Source: an uncultured Planctomycetaceae bacterium
GTDB taxonomy: Bacteria; Planctomycetota; Planctomycetia; Isosphaerales; Isosphaeraceae
Assembly: GCA_963833985.1 (NCBI GenBank)
Contig: CAWIAD010000002.1
Coordinates: 5,504,001 to 5,568,000, forward strand
Reading direction: 5' to 3'
DNA length: 64,000 bases
A program made the translations under genes and the position numbers. Under the pieces are notes generated by a model. It searched no databases. It worked only from the letters and a program-made list of their open reading frames with translations, and was not told where the DNA came from. This document shows, piece after piece, positions 49,246-61,664 of this stretch (within the stretch, counting starts at the first letter, position 1; each line of letters opens with the position of its first letter).

Positions 49246-50493
49246 ATGTTCCGGTTCCTGCATGCCGCCGACATCCACCTCGACAGTCCCCAGCGCGGGC
49301 TTGATCGCTATGAGGGAGCGCCGGTAAGCGAATGCCGTGGCGCCACGCGGCAAGCCCTCGAGAAACTGGTAGAGCTGGCGATCGTGGAGAAGGTCGCTTT
49401 CGTGGTGATCGTGGGGGATCTCTACGACGGCGATTGGCCCGATTACAACACGGGTCTATTCTTCGGCAAGCAGATGATGAAGCTGCGCGATGCAGGTATT
49501 CCGGTCTTCATGATCCGGGGCAACCACGATGCCGCGAACAAGATGACCAACGACCTGAAGCTTGTGGACAATGTCCGCGTGCTCTCCAGCCAGCAGGCGG
49601 AGACGGTGCTGTTCGAGGATTGCGGGGTTGCCATCCACGGGCAGAGCTTTCCCACCCAGGCCGTCGTGACCAACCTGGCCAGGTCTTACCCTGCACGGCG
49701 GAAGGGCTACTTCAATCTCGGTCTGCTGCATACCTGCGTGACGGGCCGGGAGGGGCACGAAGATTATGCCCCCTGCTCGCTCGACGATCTCCGGGGCCGC
49801 GAGTACGGCTACTGGGCGCTGGGGCATATCCATACCAGGGAGCTGCTATTCCAGGAAGATCCCTGGATCGTGTTTCCGGGTAACCTCCAGGGACGGCACG
49901 CGCGCGAGACCGGGCCCAAGGGCTGCATGCTGATCTCGGTTAACGACCACCACGAAGTGGTTGCCGCGGAGCCGCGCTGGCTGGACGTCATGCGCTGGGA
50001 AACATGCCTGCTGGATGCCCGGGGCGCACAGGATGGAGACGAGGTAGTGGCCCGGTTCCGGGAACGCCTGAGCCAGCTTGTCTCGGCCTGTGACGGTCGG
50101 CTGCTGGCACTACGGGTGGACGTGCAGGGTGCCACCCGGGCGCATGCTTCGCTCACGTCCCATACCTTGCACTGGACCAGCGAACTTCGCCAGGCCGGAA
50201 TGGACTGCGGCTCGTGCCGGGTCTGGATCGAGAAGGTGCTGTTGCGGACCACGCCCGAGCGGACCCTGGAGGAAACCATCCAGGCTGACACCCCGCTGGC
50301 AGAGCTTGCGGCGCTGATCGACGAGCTGCGCGGCGATAGCACCCGGCTCACCGCTCTGGCGATGCGCACGCTGGGTGATCTGACGCGCAGGCTGCCGCCC
50401 GGCCTTGCCGACGGCCTGGTCACCCCGGAGCGGCTGCAAGGAGTACTCGAGCACGTGGGTCCGCTGCTGCTCGAGCGACTGATCAAACGGTAA
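49246..50493 (+). CDS. Mre11/SbcD-family metallophosphoesterase (YhaO-like)
   Basis: HAADIHLD, GDLYD, RGNHD, LGHIH and FPGNLQGR motifs. Confidence 0.92.
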   Translation: MFRFLHAADIHLDSPQRGLDRYEGAPVSECRGATRQALEKLVELAIVEKVAFVVIVGDLYDGDWPDYNTGLFFGKQMMKLRDAGIPVFMIRGNHDAANKMTNDLKLVDNVRVLSSQQAETVLFEDCGVAIHGQSFPTQAVVTNLARSYPARRKGYFNLGLLHTCVTGREGHEDYAPCSLDDLRGREYGYWALGHIHTRELLFQEDPWIVFPGNLQGRHARETGPKGCMLISVNDHHEVVAAEPRWLDVMRWETCLLDARGAQDGDEVVARFRERLSQLVSACDGRLLALRVDVQGATRAHASLTSHTLHWTSELRQAGMDCGSCRVWIEKVLLRTTPERTLEETIQADTPLAELAALIDELRGDSTRLTALAMRTLGDLTRRLPPGLADGLVTPERLQGVLEHVGPLLLERLIKR

Positions 50494-50610
50494 CCGACGG
50501 CTGGCGGCAGTTGTCAGGCTTGTCAGCCCGGTTTATGCTCGGTACCACCGCGGCCGGCCGGCAGATCCATTCCGGCGCGGCAGCCGGGGAGACGGCATGA
50601 AGGTCGAGGG

Positions 50611-52267
50611 ATGATACCCATGAGAAGAAGACGTTCGTTCTGTCTCATTGCCGCAGTTCTTGCGGCCGGCTCCACCCTGGGAATGGTCACCGCCCGGGCG
50701 TGCACCAGCATCATCGTCAGTCGGGGAGCGTCGAAGGACGGCTCGGTGATGGTGACCTATTCCGCCGATGCCCCGTTCATGCCCCGCCTGCTGCGCATCG
50801 CCGGCGGCACGCATGCGCCAGGAACCATGATTGACGTGCGCGGCTGGGAGGATGACCAGGTGCGCGGGCAGGTACGCCAGGTCGAGCGCACCTACACGGT
50901 GGTGGGCCTGATGAATGAGCACCAGCTCTCGCTCGGGGAGACCACCACCGGTGGCCGGCGCGAGCTGGTCGACCGCAAGGGCCAGCTTGATTACGACGGT
51001 CTGATGCTGCTGGTCCTGGAGCGCGCCACGACGGCCCGAGAGGCCATTTCCATGATCGACGCGCTGTGCAAGGAGTATGGCTACGGCAGCTCCGGCGAGA
51101 CCTTCTCCATCGCCGATAAGAACGAAGCCTGGATCATGGAGCTGATCGGCAAGGGACCGGGCCAGAAGGGTATTGTCTGGGTGGCCGCGCGCGTGCCGGA
51201 GGGCTGTATCACCGCGCATGCGAACATGAGCCGGATCACCACCTTTCCACTCAACGATCCGGAAAACTGGCTGTACAGTCCGGACGTCATTTCCTTCGCC
51301 ATCGACAAGGGTTACTACAAGACCGAGGCGGGCAAGCCGTTCAGCTTTCGCGACGCTTACCATCCCCACCAGGGCCCCGACCAGAAACGGGCCTGCGCCG
51401 GGCGGGTCTGGAGCATCTACCGCCGCGCCGCCGCCCAGCAGAACTTCTCCGACGCGTATTTCCGGGGGGTGGAAGGCACCGAGGACTACCCGCTGTTCAT
51501 CAGGCCTGAGATGCCTCTCTCGGTTCACGACGTGATGAAGCTGATGCGCGATCACTACGAGGGGACGCCCTACGATATGACCAAAGGCGTTGACGCCGGC
51601 CCGTTTGGCAGTCCCTTACGGTTACGCGATCTGGCGTTCACGGTGGACGGCCACAAGTACATGTGGGAACGGCCGATCTCCACGCAGCAGGCGGGCTTCG
51701 TGGTCGTGACCCAGAGCCGTAAAGAGCTGCCCGACGCGATTGGCGGCGTGACCTGGTTCACACCCGACGAGGCTTCGACGTCCTGCTTCACGCCGCTCTA
51801 CTGCGGTATTGGAGCGCTCCCCGAGGCGTATACCCGGGGCGACTACAAGAAGTTTTCCTGGGATTCGGCCTGGTGGGTCACGAACCTGGTGTCAAACCTT
51901 GCTTATGACCGCTGGTCCCGCGTGATTCCCGACATCCGGCAGGCGCAGGCTGAGCAGGAGGGAGCGCTGCTGAAGATGCAGCCGGTGATCGAGGAGACCG
52001 CGGCCAAGCTTGCTGCCAGCGACCCGGCGCTCGATGAAGACGTTCCTGACCAGCTATTCCGTCGCGTCGGGCGACACGGTTTTCCACCGCTGGCAGGATC
52101 TGGCGTCCGCAATCCTGACGCGGCATGTTGACGGCTACCTGAAGGATTCCAGGGGACGGCCCGGGGCGCCCGGCTACGCGCCGGACTGGCTCCACGAGGT
52201 GGTCAACCGGCGGCCCGATCAGTTCAAGCTGCCGGCGCAACACGAGCCCGCCGAGACCGACCACTGA
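50611..52267 (+). CDS. C69-family dipeptidase (Ntn hydrolase), secreted; frameshift near 52030
   Basis: Signal peptide followed by CTSIIV (catalytic Cys), MNEHQLSLGETT, ERPIS; tail continues in ORF 52010..52267. Confidence 0.88.
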
Positions 52268-52298
52268 CCCGGACGGTCGTCCTGACTGCTGCATCGCC

Positions 52299-55200
52299 AT
52301 GAAGATCCTCGAGCTTGCCCTGCATGCATTTGGCCCGTTTACCGACACGCTGCTCGATCTTTCAGCGGGGCGCGAGGGGCTCCACCTGATCCACGGGCCC
52401 AACGAGGCCGGCAAGTCGTCGGCCTTGCGGGCCCTGCGCCAGGTGCTCTTCGGCATCCCCGCGCAGTCGGCCGACAGCTTTGTGCATGCTTACCCGAAGC
52501 TGCGTATCGGGCTGACCCTGCGTGCCGGCGACGGCCGGGTCGTCAAGCTGGTTCGCCGCAAAGGTAACCGTAACACGCTGCTGAGCGGCGACGGGGAAAC
52601 CCCCCTCGCCGAGGCAACGGTGGACCGATTCCTGGGCGGCCTGACCGAGGCGGATTTCAGGAGCCGGTTCGCACTTGACCATGAGGACTTGGTCCAGGGC
52701 GGCAAGGCCATTCTTCAGGGCAGTGGCGAGCTGGGCACGGTGCTCTTTCAGGCTGGAGGCGGGCTCAAGAACCTGGTGGCCGTGGAACGACAGCTCGATC
52801 ACGAGCTTGAGGGCCTGTTCAAGTCGGGCGCCCGCGCCTCAGGGCCCCGCATCAATGCCGCTCTGGCAGAGCTAAAAGAAGCCGAGAAGACCACACGCGA
52901 AACAGCGCTGCGTAGTAGTGACTGGCTGGGACACGAGAACAACCGGAAGGAGGCTCACTCCGAGCTTCAGCAACTGGAGCAAGGTCTCCAGGAGAAGCGC
53001 GCCGAGAAACACCGGCTGGAGCGGCGGCGGGATGCCCTGCCGCTGGTCGCACGCCAGCGCCTCTGCGAACAGGAACTGGCCCAGCTTGGGGACGTGGTGC
53101 TGCTCTCACAGCAGTTCCAGAAGTCGCGCCTGGATGCTCAGCTTGCCAGGGACACGGCACTGGCCGCGCGGCAGAATGCCCTGGACACGATCACTGAGCT
53201 GGAACGCCAGCTCATGTCGCTGACCGTACCCGAGGGACTGCTGGCCGAGGCCGACGCCATCGAACGCTTGCAAGAAGGAATGACAGCCGAGCGGAAGGCA
53301 CGCAAGGCGCTCCCCGGCGAGGAGGCCAACCTGCGGCAAGCACTCGCCGGTGCGCTGGACCTGCTAGCGGAATCATGGCCCCATCTCCTGCCCGAAGCAG
53401 CCGTTCAGAGCCGGCCAGTTGCCGGTGATGCAGACGTTGAGTGCACCCTCGACCACGTACTGCGGGCCGCTGAGCCGCTTCGCTTCACCCGCGCCCAGCG
53501 ATCGGCGATCACAAACCTGGCCGGTGAAAGAACGAAACTTGATGCCGAACTCGAGCAGGCCGATTGCAGAATCCACGAGCTGACCAAATCGCTCGATGAC
53601 GCCAGCGCCGAGCTGGAGGAACTTCCATCTCCCCGCGACATAACCAGGCTGGAAGCCGCACTCGCGCAGGCCCGCGAGCAGGGAGACCTTGACGGGGCCG
53701 TCGAGGCTGCTCGAGAGCAGCTCGTAGCTGCGGCGAGCGCAGCGGACCTGGCGCATGCCCGGCTTCCACTGTGGACCGGAACCCTCCAGGAGCTGGAGTC
53801 CGCGCCGGTTGCGACGACCGAGACAATCGACCGCTTCGAGTCTGAGTTCGCACGGCTTGCAATCGAGCGCGAACGGCTCTTGACCGAGCGCCGTAAGACG
53901 ATCGAGGAGCGGACGGAGACGGAAAGCGCGCTGGAGGAGCTGCGTCAGATCGCGGGCGTGGTGCCAACGGAAGCTGACCTGACCCGGGCACGCGAACACC
54001 GTGACGGGCTCTGGTGGCTCATCCGCGGCGCCTGGGAAAGCGGCTCGCTGCCCGGGCTTGAGGAAGTCCGCACGCTGCTTGCGAGCTGGGACAGCTCGGC
54101 ATTATCGCGCCCTGCGCTGGCGGATGGCTTCGAGCGGCTGATGAACGAGGCCGACCAGCAGGCCGATCGACTGCGCCGGGAAGCCGCTGATGTCACTCGG
54201 CAAGCGGCGCTACGAGCCAGCTTGCTGAAGACCGCACAGCGGCTCGAGTTCCTGAATGTCCAGGAACAAGAGGCGACCCAGCGTGGCGATGAGCTGGGCG
54301 CCCGCTGGACGGGCGCCTGGTCATTCCTGAGCGCTGCTCCGCTCTCTCCGCGCGAGATGCGCGGGTGGCTTCAGGAACGCCAGGAGCTGGTTCGCCAGGC
54401 GGACCAGTTGCGGCACTTGCAGGCAAAGCTGCAAAGCGTGGAGACCAGGCACCGCCGGCACGTCGAGCAGATGCACCAGTGTCTGCGCGATCTCGAACTG
54501 GAGTCTTGCCCTCCCGCCGAATTCCTGAGCCCGTTGCGCGACCGATCCGAGGCGGAACGCAAGCGACTGGCCGAGGTGGAGCAGAAGCGCAGCACGCTGC
54601 ACGAGTCCGTCAGCAAGCTGAGCCGCCAGCGAGAGGCGGCACGCATCCAGGCGCAGGCCCTGGAGCAACGGCTGGAGATATGGGGCAAGGCGTGGGCGGC
54701 CGCCGTCACCCCGCTCCACCTGGGCCCGAACATCCCGGCCAGGGACGCAATGGAGCTTGTCAACCAGGTGATGGATCTGCAAATGAAGGTCAAGGCGGCG
54801 CACGAAGGACAGGGGCGAATCGCGGGGCTGCGACGCGATGTCGTACAGCTTGCAGGCGAGGTGGTCACCCTCTGCATGCGTGTTGCACCGGACCTTAACC
54901 CAGGCCCAGCCCCCGCTGCCCCTGCCGTGGAGTATGCCGCAACCGAACTGCGGCGCCGTTTCCATGCCGCCCGGGAAGCTCAGACTGCCCGAGAGGCACT
55001 CATCACACAGCGCGAAGCGGAGCTGGCGAAGGTCCGCAGTGCCGAGGAATCGCTTCAGGAAGCGAACCTGTGGTTCGCGGCACTCTGCCAGGAGGCACGA
55101 TGCGCCGCGGTCGACGACCTGCCCACCGCCGAGCAACGTTCGAGGGAAGCGTTCGATCTCCGCGACCGGCTCCGATCGCTCGATGAGCAAATTGGGCTAC

Positions 55201-55978
55201 TAGGTGCGGGTGAGCCGCCAGACCTCTTCCGGGAAGCCGTCCTTGCCCTCGACCCGGACCGCTTACCCGCCCAGATTGACACGCTCGGTGAGGAGATTTC
55301 CAGGCTTGACGCGTTGCGCGGTGAGCTCAACCAGACGCTCGGCCGTGAGCAAGAAGCCCTGCGGCGAATGGATGGGGTCTCCCACTCCGCCGACGCTGCT
55401 GAAATGGCCGAGGTTCTCAAGGCCCGACTGGTATTCGATGTCGAGGAATATACCCGCATCCGGCTGGCTGCCGCCCTACTTCACGAGGCCGTTGACCGTT
55501 ACCGCCAGCGCAGTCAAGGACCGATTCTTGATCGTGCCTCGGCCCTCTTCTCCCGTCTCACCCTCGGCTCGTTCCAGGGCCTGAAGGTTGACTACGACGA
55601 CCAGGATCGGGCCGTGCTGCAAGCCGTTCGCCCAGGCGGCGACGTGACGGTGGGGATCGCGGGCCTGAGCGAAGGATCGGCCGATCAGCTTTACCTCGCG
55701 CTGCGGATCGCCAGCCTGGAAACCTATCTCGACCATCACGAACCCATCCCGCTTGTCGTTGATGACGTCCTGGTCCAGTTCGATGACGATCGTGCCACGG
55801 TTGCCCTGCGCCACTCGCCGACCTGTCGCACCGCACGCAGGTCGTTGTCTTCACGCACCACGAGCACCTGGTGCGCCTGGCGCAGAGCGTTGCCGATCCA
55901 GATGTACTCATCGTCCACCGGCTGAACGCACGGGGCCAAGCCAGGGCTGCCAGCAACACCACTGCGCAGGGTTCTTGA
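52299..55978 (+). CDS. YhaN-like SMC/SbcC-type coiled-coil ATPase; frameshift near 55810
   Basis: GPNEAGKSS (Walker A), long coiled coil, LSEGSADQLYLALR, LVVDD; the shifted frame restores QVVVFTHH and stops at 55978. Confidence 0.9.
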
Positions 55979-56312
55979 AGCACGGCTCACGGCACTCGTT
56001 CGCAGCGCGACAAGATTGGAGTCTTATCTCACGTGAAAAGAGTGAGGGATGATCGATTAGTCTCACTCCAGGAACTTCTCATTGCGGCCTTGCCCTTTTG
56101 CCGCGTGCTCGCTATGCTGCCGACGCTGAACTCTCACATCTCCGTTCGGCTCTGCGTAAAATCATTCATATCAGGCAATTACGGCGAAATCCCCGGCATG
56201 CCCTCGGTGCCCGGCAGCGTATTCCAGATGGAGTATCGACAGGATGTCGAGCGCCTTCTTGCAGCTCCGGGCGGTCATTCCTTTCTGCCGCAATACAACT
56301 GTCCCTCGCACC

Positions 56313-57884
56313 ATGCGCCATCGCGTGGTCTCGTTCACCACCGGTCAACTGGAAGGGCTGGAGCAACGGCTGGCGATGAGTGCGCTGGGAAGCCCGGCGC
56401 CCGCCATCCAGATGATTTCGGCAACGACGACCAATTCGAAGAGTGTCACGATCGACTACCAGATCAACCAGGTCCCTGCTCCGAACTTAACGAAGCCCAT
56501 CCAGTTTGGCATCTATCGTTCAAGCACCGGACAGTCCAGCGCGAGTGACTCCCTGGTTGGAACCGTGACCGTCGCCGCACCCGGGACATCGACACCCGGC
56601 GCAATCACGCTGGATCAGAACGGCCAGTCCGCGCTGGCTGTTGGAACCCACCAGGTGACACTCCCCCTGCCCCAGGGACTGCCTCCCTTTCCGGATAAGC
56701 CCTACGTGCTGGTCGTTGCCAACCCGGGGTCCGCAACCGCGGCCTCCTTCTCTGTCCAGTCGGCATCATTTCGCGTCTATACCATCGGCATTGTGACCCA
56801 CGGCGGCATCCAGAACACAAGCTGGAAGAACGGACCACCATGGCAGATGGATACGGCATACATGATGCGGCGGGAAGGTTATGACTCGGTGATCGCATAC
56901 AACTGGGTCGCGCAGAGCAGCACACCCGGCGCGGCAATCCAGCAGTCGCCCAGGCTGGCGCAGATGATCCTGAACGCCGCCAGCACCTTCCCGCCCAACG
57001 CACCGATTGACCTGCAATTCATCGGCCACAGCGAGGGAACCGTCGTCAACGCCTATGCCTTGATGGCGCTGCAAACCCGGATGACGCCACAGCTCCAGGC
57101 CGGCTACATTCAGGATATCCTGCTCGACCCTCACGCTGCGAATAACAATGTTCCCGGGCAGCAAATGAGCTTTGCGGGTGCACTCGGCGGGCTGGGAAAT
57201 ACCATCGTGAAGGGCTATCAGACCCAGGCCAAGGATCCCCCTGCCTACATTCCCTCCATCGTTGATTCGGCCAGCGTCTTCTTCCAGCACAGCCAGGCAA
57301 AGCCAGCCGCGATCTATAACCTCTGGGGGCAGGTACCCGTCAAGAGCGATGGTCCGGTGGTGCATTACTACAACCTCACCGCCATGGGCGCCACGCATTC
57401 GGGCAAGACGGGTGTGAATTACTGGTTCCGGGACTTCATCGCACCCACACTGGGCAACCAGGCACCGGTGATCCAGGAGCTTCAGCTCAACGGGCAGATT
57501 GATCAGGCCCAGGCACCGACAGCCAGCTCGGTGAGCCAGGACCCCCTGGTTCAGCAGGCAGACAACGCGTGGGCGAACCGGGTCTACGGCCCAGCGCAGG
57601 TGGTGCAAAGCCATCAGCCCATGTTCTCCGGCACGTCGGCGCCGGGATCGATCATCCGGCTGGCCATCAGCCCGGCAACGAAGCCGATGGAGGTCAAGCT
57701 CGCGGGCTTGACCACCGCTAGCAATACCGGGCAGTGGTCGCTGAGTACGTTCCACCCGCTCCAGAATGGCCAGTACCGCGTGCTTGTCACCGCGTTCTCA
57801 CGGTCGTTCACCACCCAGCCGGCCCTGAAGATGGTACCCACCCAGCCGCTGGGACGTATGGTGGTGGCTGCCCCGCCCGCATGA
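56313..57884 (+). CDS. Secreted protein with planctomycete export motif, alpha/beta-hydrolase-like core and Ig-like tail
   Basis: EGLEQRLAMS leader motif; VTHG...FIGHSEG...LLDP...THSG; C-terminal FSGTSAPGS...GQWSL...LQNGQY. Confidence 0.65.
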   Translation: MRHRVVSFTTGQLEGLEQRLAMSALGSPAPAIQMISATTTNSKSVTIDYQINQVPAPNLTKPIQFGIYRSSTGQSSASDSLVGTVTVAAPGTSTPGAITLDQNGQSALAVGTHQVTLPLPQGLPPFPDKPYVLVVANPGSATAASFSVQSASFRVYTIGIVTHGGIQNTSWKNGPPWQMDTAYMMRREGYDSVIAYNWVAQSSTPGAAIQQSPRLAQMILNAASTFPPNAPIDLQFIGHSEGTVVNAYALMALQTRMTPQLQAGYIQDILLDPHAANNNVPGQQMSFAGALGGLGNTIVKGYQTQAKDPPAYIPSIVDSASVFFQHSQAKPAAIYNLWGQVPVKSDGPVVHYYNLTAMGATHSGKTGVNYWFRDFIAPTLGNQAPVIQELQLNGQIDQAQAPTASSVSQDPLVQQADNAWANRVYGPAQVVQSHQPMFSGTSAPGSIIRLAISPATKPMEVKLAGLTTASNTGQWSLSTFHPLQNGQYRVLVTAFSRSFTTQPALKMVPTQPLGRMVVAAPPA

Positions 57885-57896
57885 TCGCACTCTGAC

Positions 57897-59338
57897 CTAC
57901 TCGAAGAGCTGGTGGATCGGCTGACCGCTGGCCAGGCTGTAAGGCCGGCCGGTAAGGTCGAATATTTCCTTGTGAGGATCAATTCCGAACCGCCAGAAGA
58001 GCGTTGCGGCCAGGTCGCCCGGCGTGACTGGGTCGGTCTCGGGACGGGCCCCGAACCTATCGCTGGAACCGAATACGGATCCTCCGCGAACGCCGCCGCC
58101 GGCCAACACAATGCTGTAGCAATGCGGCCAGTGGTCGCGCCCGGCTGTGCCGTTGATCCGCGGGGTCCGGCCGAACTCACCCATGGCGATGACCAGGGTT
58201 GAGTCGAGCAAGCCCCGCGCGGTCAGGTCGCCGATGAGAGCCGCGAGTGCCTGATCAGCCGGCGGCAGGAGCGCTGTTTTGAGCCGGTTGAAGACGTCGG
58301 CATGCGCATCCCAGTTGGCAAGCTGGCCGTTGTACTGGCCATCATGGACGGTGACGAACCGCACGCCCGCCTCGACCAGCCGGCGTGCCAGCACGAGTGA
58401 TTGCCCATGCTTCGTCCGGCCGTAACGGTCGCGCACCCTGGGATCCTCGGCGTCGAGGTGAAACGCTTTCCGGACCGCCTGGGAGCGGAGCAGCCGGAAT
58501 GCCTTCTCTGTATAGGCATCACGCCTATCCGGTGCTGGAGGAGACGAGCCCGCCCCACCGGGCCCACGGACCAACCCATCTTGCCGGCGAAACTGAGCTT
58601 CGAGAGTTTGAAGCAGCGCCTCGCGGTGATCGAGCCGTGCTCGTGTCACGTCGCCCGGCAATTCCAGCTCACCGAGGCGGAAGTCAACCGCGTTCGGGTC
58701 GGCATTCACCTGAAACGCATCGTTGTTGGAGCCGAGGAAGCCCGCGACTTGCCCGGGAAGTTGAACCACGTTGTACATCACGTGCGGCAGGGCCACGAAT
58801 GTAGGCAACTGTGCAACTTGTGGTAAGTTCGCGCTGAGGATGGATCCATAGCAGGGCGGATCGTTGCGATCATTACCCAGCAGCTCCTGGTCTCCCTTGA
58901 GCGGATCGCGCCCGCACAGGACGGAGAATGCCGCGGCGTTGTGATTGGTCATCGGGTGGTGCATTGACCGTACGATCGCAAGCCGGTCCATCACCTGTGC
59001 GGCATGGGGCATGTGCTCGCTGATTCGCAGGCCGGGCACCGCCGTGGCAATCGAGCCGAACTCTCCACGCAGCTCGCGCGGAGCGTGAGGTTTCATGTCC
59101 CAGGTGTCCAGATGGCTGGGACCGCCGTAGTAGAAGATAAGAATGCACGACCGGATGGGTCTGGCCGGAATCACGCGGTTTGTTGCCAGGGCGCCAGGCG
59201 CTGTTTCGCGGTCTTCGGCCCGTAGCAGCCCGGGCAGTGTAAGGCCGAATGCGCCAGACTGCCGATACGCAAAAGGGCGCGTCGGGTCGATGGAAGCGAA
59301 CCCGGGCCAGCATGATCCCTGATTGAGCCGGGATCCAT
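57897..59338 (-). CDS. DUF1501 domain protein; frameshift near 59254
   Basis: TRRALLRIG, then YGGPSHLDTWDMKP, ARRLVEAG, WDAH, GEFGRTP, GRDHW. Confidence 0.9.
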
Positions 59339-59584
59339 GAGCGTCTCCTCGATGACCTCTCGCTTGACCAGAGCCGCCAGTATCCCCTTCACCGGCGCCT
59401 CGAGAGCCACGGTTGCAGGTTATGCCGTCTTGCGGGGAACATCAAGCAGTCCGGCTGCTTGTGTGGGCAACAATTGCGACGCATCGTTGACGGTCGACTC
59501 CTCTGGAACGAAGAATATCGGCGCCAGATTTGCACACAGCCTCACGGTTCAGTTCTCCGCTTGTCTCATCTTCCTGGTTCACGC

Positions 59585-60400
59585 ATGACGCATCATTTTT
59601 CCATCAATCCGCGTTCCATCCTGGGAGTGACCGTGAACGCCTCTCTGGAGGAGATTCAGCAGGCCTTCCGCGAGAAGTCGAAGAAACATCATCCGGACCT
59701 GGGAGGCGACGAATGGGCCTTTCGGCTGGTGGTACGGGCCTATGAGGTGCTCAAGGCGACGCGTGATATCGAGCCGCAGCCAGTGAGTGCCACTGCCACG
59801 GCGGCAGGTACCACGGGCTTCCACGCAGGCTCCTGGTCCAGCGAAGCCCATGAACCTTCGAGCGGTCCTTCCGGGTTTTCGAATGGCAGGCCTTCGGGCT
59901 CCAGTCCGCCGTTCGGAGATGGCAGTGCCACCGGGCCGCAGCCAACCACGGGCTATGGCGGTCCGTTTCAAGCAAGCAGCTCCATACCTACCGCGGCCGA
60001 GTTCCACACGCTCGACGCCGAGCTGGTATGGATTCGCTTCGAGCTGGCAGACCGTGCACCGGAACTCCATGAGGAGCCTGCCGCAACCACGCTGAGCGTC
60101 TGCCTGGTCATCACCTGGCCGCGCACGGCCCTGGTGCGGCACGCACCTGGGTTTCCCGATGCGGCCGAGAAGCTGCGACTGGTGATCGAGACCTTCGGAG
60201 AGCTGCGCGGCCAGGAACGTGCTCTCAGCTCCCGGTCGCGCATCGAGGACGGCCAGTTCGTGGGCTGGCTGAGCTACCCCAACGTTCTTCAGGCAGAAAC
60301 CGCGTTCCAGCACCTTCAGAAATCGCTCGAAGCCCACGCCATGCGCGTCACCCTGCACACGCGCGACGAGCCGCTGCCCATGGAGTGGATGGACCGCTGA
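59585..60400 (+). CDS. J-domain (DnaJ-like) protein with an unknown C-terminal domain
   Basis: ILGV..NASLEEIQQAFREKSKKHHPDLGGD...AYEVL. Confidence 0.85.
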   Translation: MTHHFSINPRSILGVTVNASLEEIQQAFREKSKKHHPDLGGDEWAFRLVVRAYEVLKATRDIEPQPVSATATAAGTTGFHAGSWSSEAHEPSSGPSGFSNGRPSGSSPPFGDGSATGPQPTTGYGGPFQASSSIPTAAEFHTLDAELVWIRFELADRAPELHEEPAATTLSVCLVITWPRTALVRHAPGFPDAAEKLRLVIETFGELRGQERALSSRSRIEDGQFVGWLSYPNVLQAETAFQHLQKSLEAHAMRVTLHTRDEPLPMEWMDR

Positions 60401-60848
60401 CAGCCAATCTTGCGTGGTCGAGAACCATCGGCCCGTGCGCGCAGGCTGCAACAGCTCGATAGCTGTTCGATAGCCCGTTGAAGTGCGGGCTGCCCCGGAG
60501 GCGGAACTCGTCATGACCGGGGCATTCGCCGCATTGCCCCAGGGTGATCAGGCACAGTGGCCCCAGCCAGCGGGAGTCCCCGTCCGCGAGCTGGTTCGTA
60601 AAGTCGAGAAACTCGTGTTTTCGTCTGGCCGATGATCGCTATACTGACCCCCGACTCGCAACCCGTCACGTCCATCACGTCCAGAATCCGTTCGCTTCTC
60701 CCGCGGCGAATCTTCAGGTTGGCAGGGGTGGACCGCGTTGGCCCACAGCCCCGGCATTCCAGGCCATGAGATTGGCTCAACCTGGCTGAACGCCATCAGC
60801 TATTCGGGGCATCGTCGAGTTCCCCCATCTGGCACGCAGGACAAATCC

Positions 60849-61664
60849 ATGAAGAAACGTCATTCCCGGCCTGCGCCGGGCCGTTGCCTCGAAATGGAAA
60901 GCCTGGAAGCACGCATCGTCCTTTCGAGCATCCGGCTCGGCAGTGTGTACTCGGCAAGTAGCGGGCATTATGCCCTGCCCTCGATGCGGATCGCGCCCAC
61001 GCATACCTCGCTTGGCATCAGTGCCGGGACGCTGGCACAGCCGGTTACTTTCAGTGTGACCGTGCGTGCGCCGGCTGCGGCCGGATCGCCGGTGGGCACC
61101 GTGAACCTTTCTGTTCACGGTAACATCGTTCAAACGCTCACGCTCACACCGGCTACCTCCACCGACCACAGGTACGCGATCAGCCAGGCCACGCTCACCG
61201 TCACACCCCAGCCCGGCGGACCCTCAAACTTCTTCGGCAAGTACTCGGTCAAGGCCACGTTCGTTCCCGGCGACCTCTTCACCAGAAGCAGCGCCACCAG
61301 GAACTTCACCATCAGCCAGCCGCAGTACACTACCCTCTCGAACGGCGTCAGTATTGCCACGGTGGTGCCTGGCTCGGGCCCGAAGATCCAGAACGGCCAG
61401 ACCGCGGGCGTGCTCTACACCGGTTACCTTGCCAATGGGCAGGTCTTCGACAGCTCCTTGAGCCACGGCGGCACGCCGCTCACGTTCACCCTGGGCGCCG
61501 GCCAGCTCATTCCTGGCTTTGACACCGGCACGGCCGGCATGCAGGTGGGGGAGACGCGGATCATCATGATTCCGCCGTCCCAGGGCTACGGCTCGGTGGC
61601 CAACGGCACCATCCCGGCCAACTCCACGCTCATCTTCGTGGTGACGCTGGCGTCGATCTCCTGA
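60849..61664 (+). CDS. FKBP-type peptidyl-prolyl isomerase with planctomycete export motif and Ig-like domain
   Basis: ESLEARIVLS leader; YTGYLANGQVFDSS, LIPGFDTG, MQVGE, IPPSQGYG, IPANSTLIFVV. Confidence 0.88.
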   Translation: MKKRHSRPAPGRCLEMESLEARIVLSSIRLGSVYSASSGHYALPSMRIAPTHTSLGISAGTLAQPVTFSVTVRAPAAAGSPVGTVNLSVHGNIVQTLTLTPATSTDHRYAISQATLTVTPQPGGPSNFFGKYSVKATFVPGDLFTRSSATRNFTISQPQYTTLSNGVSIATVVPGSGPKIQNGQTAGVLYTGYLANGQVFDSSLSHGGTPLTFTLGAGQLIPGFDTGTAGMQVGETRIIMIPPSQGYGSVANGTIPANSTLIFVVTLASIS

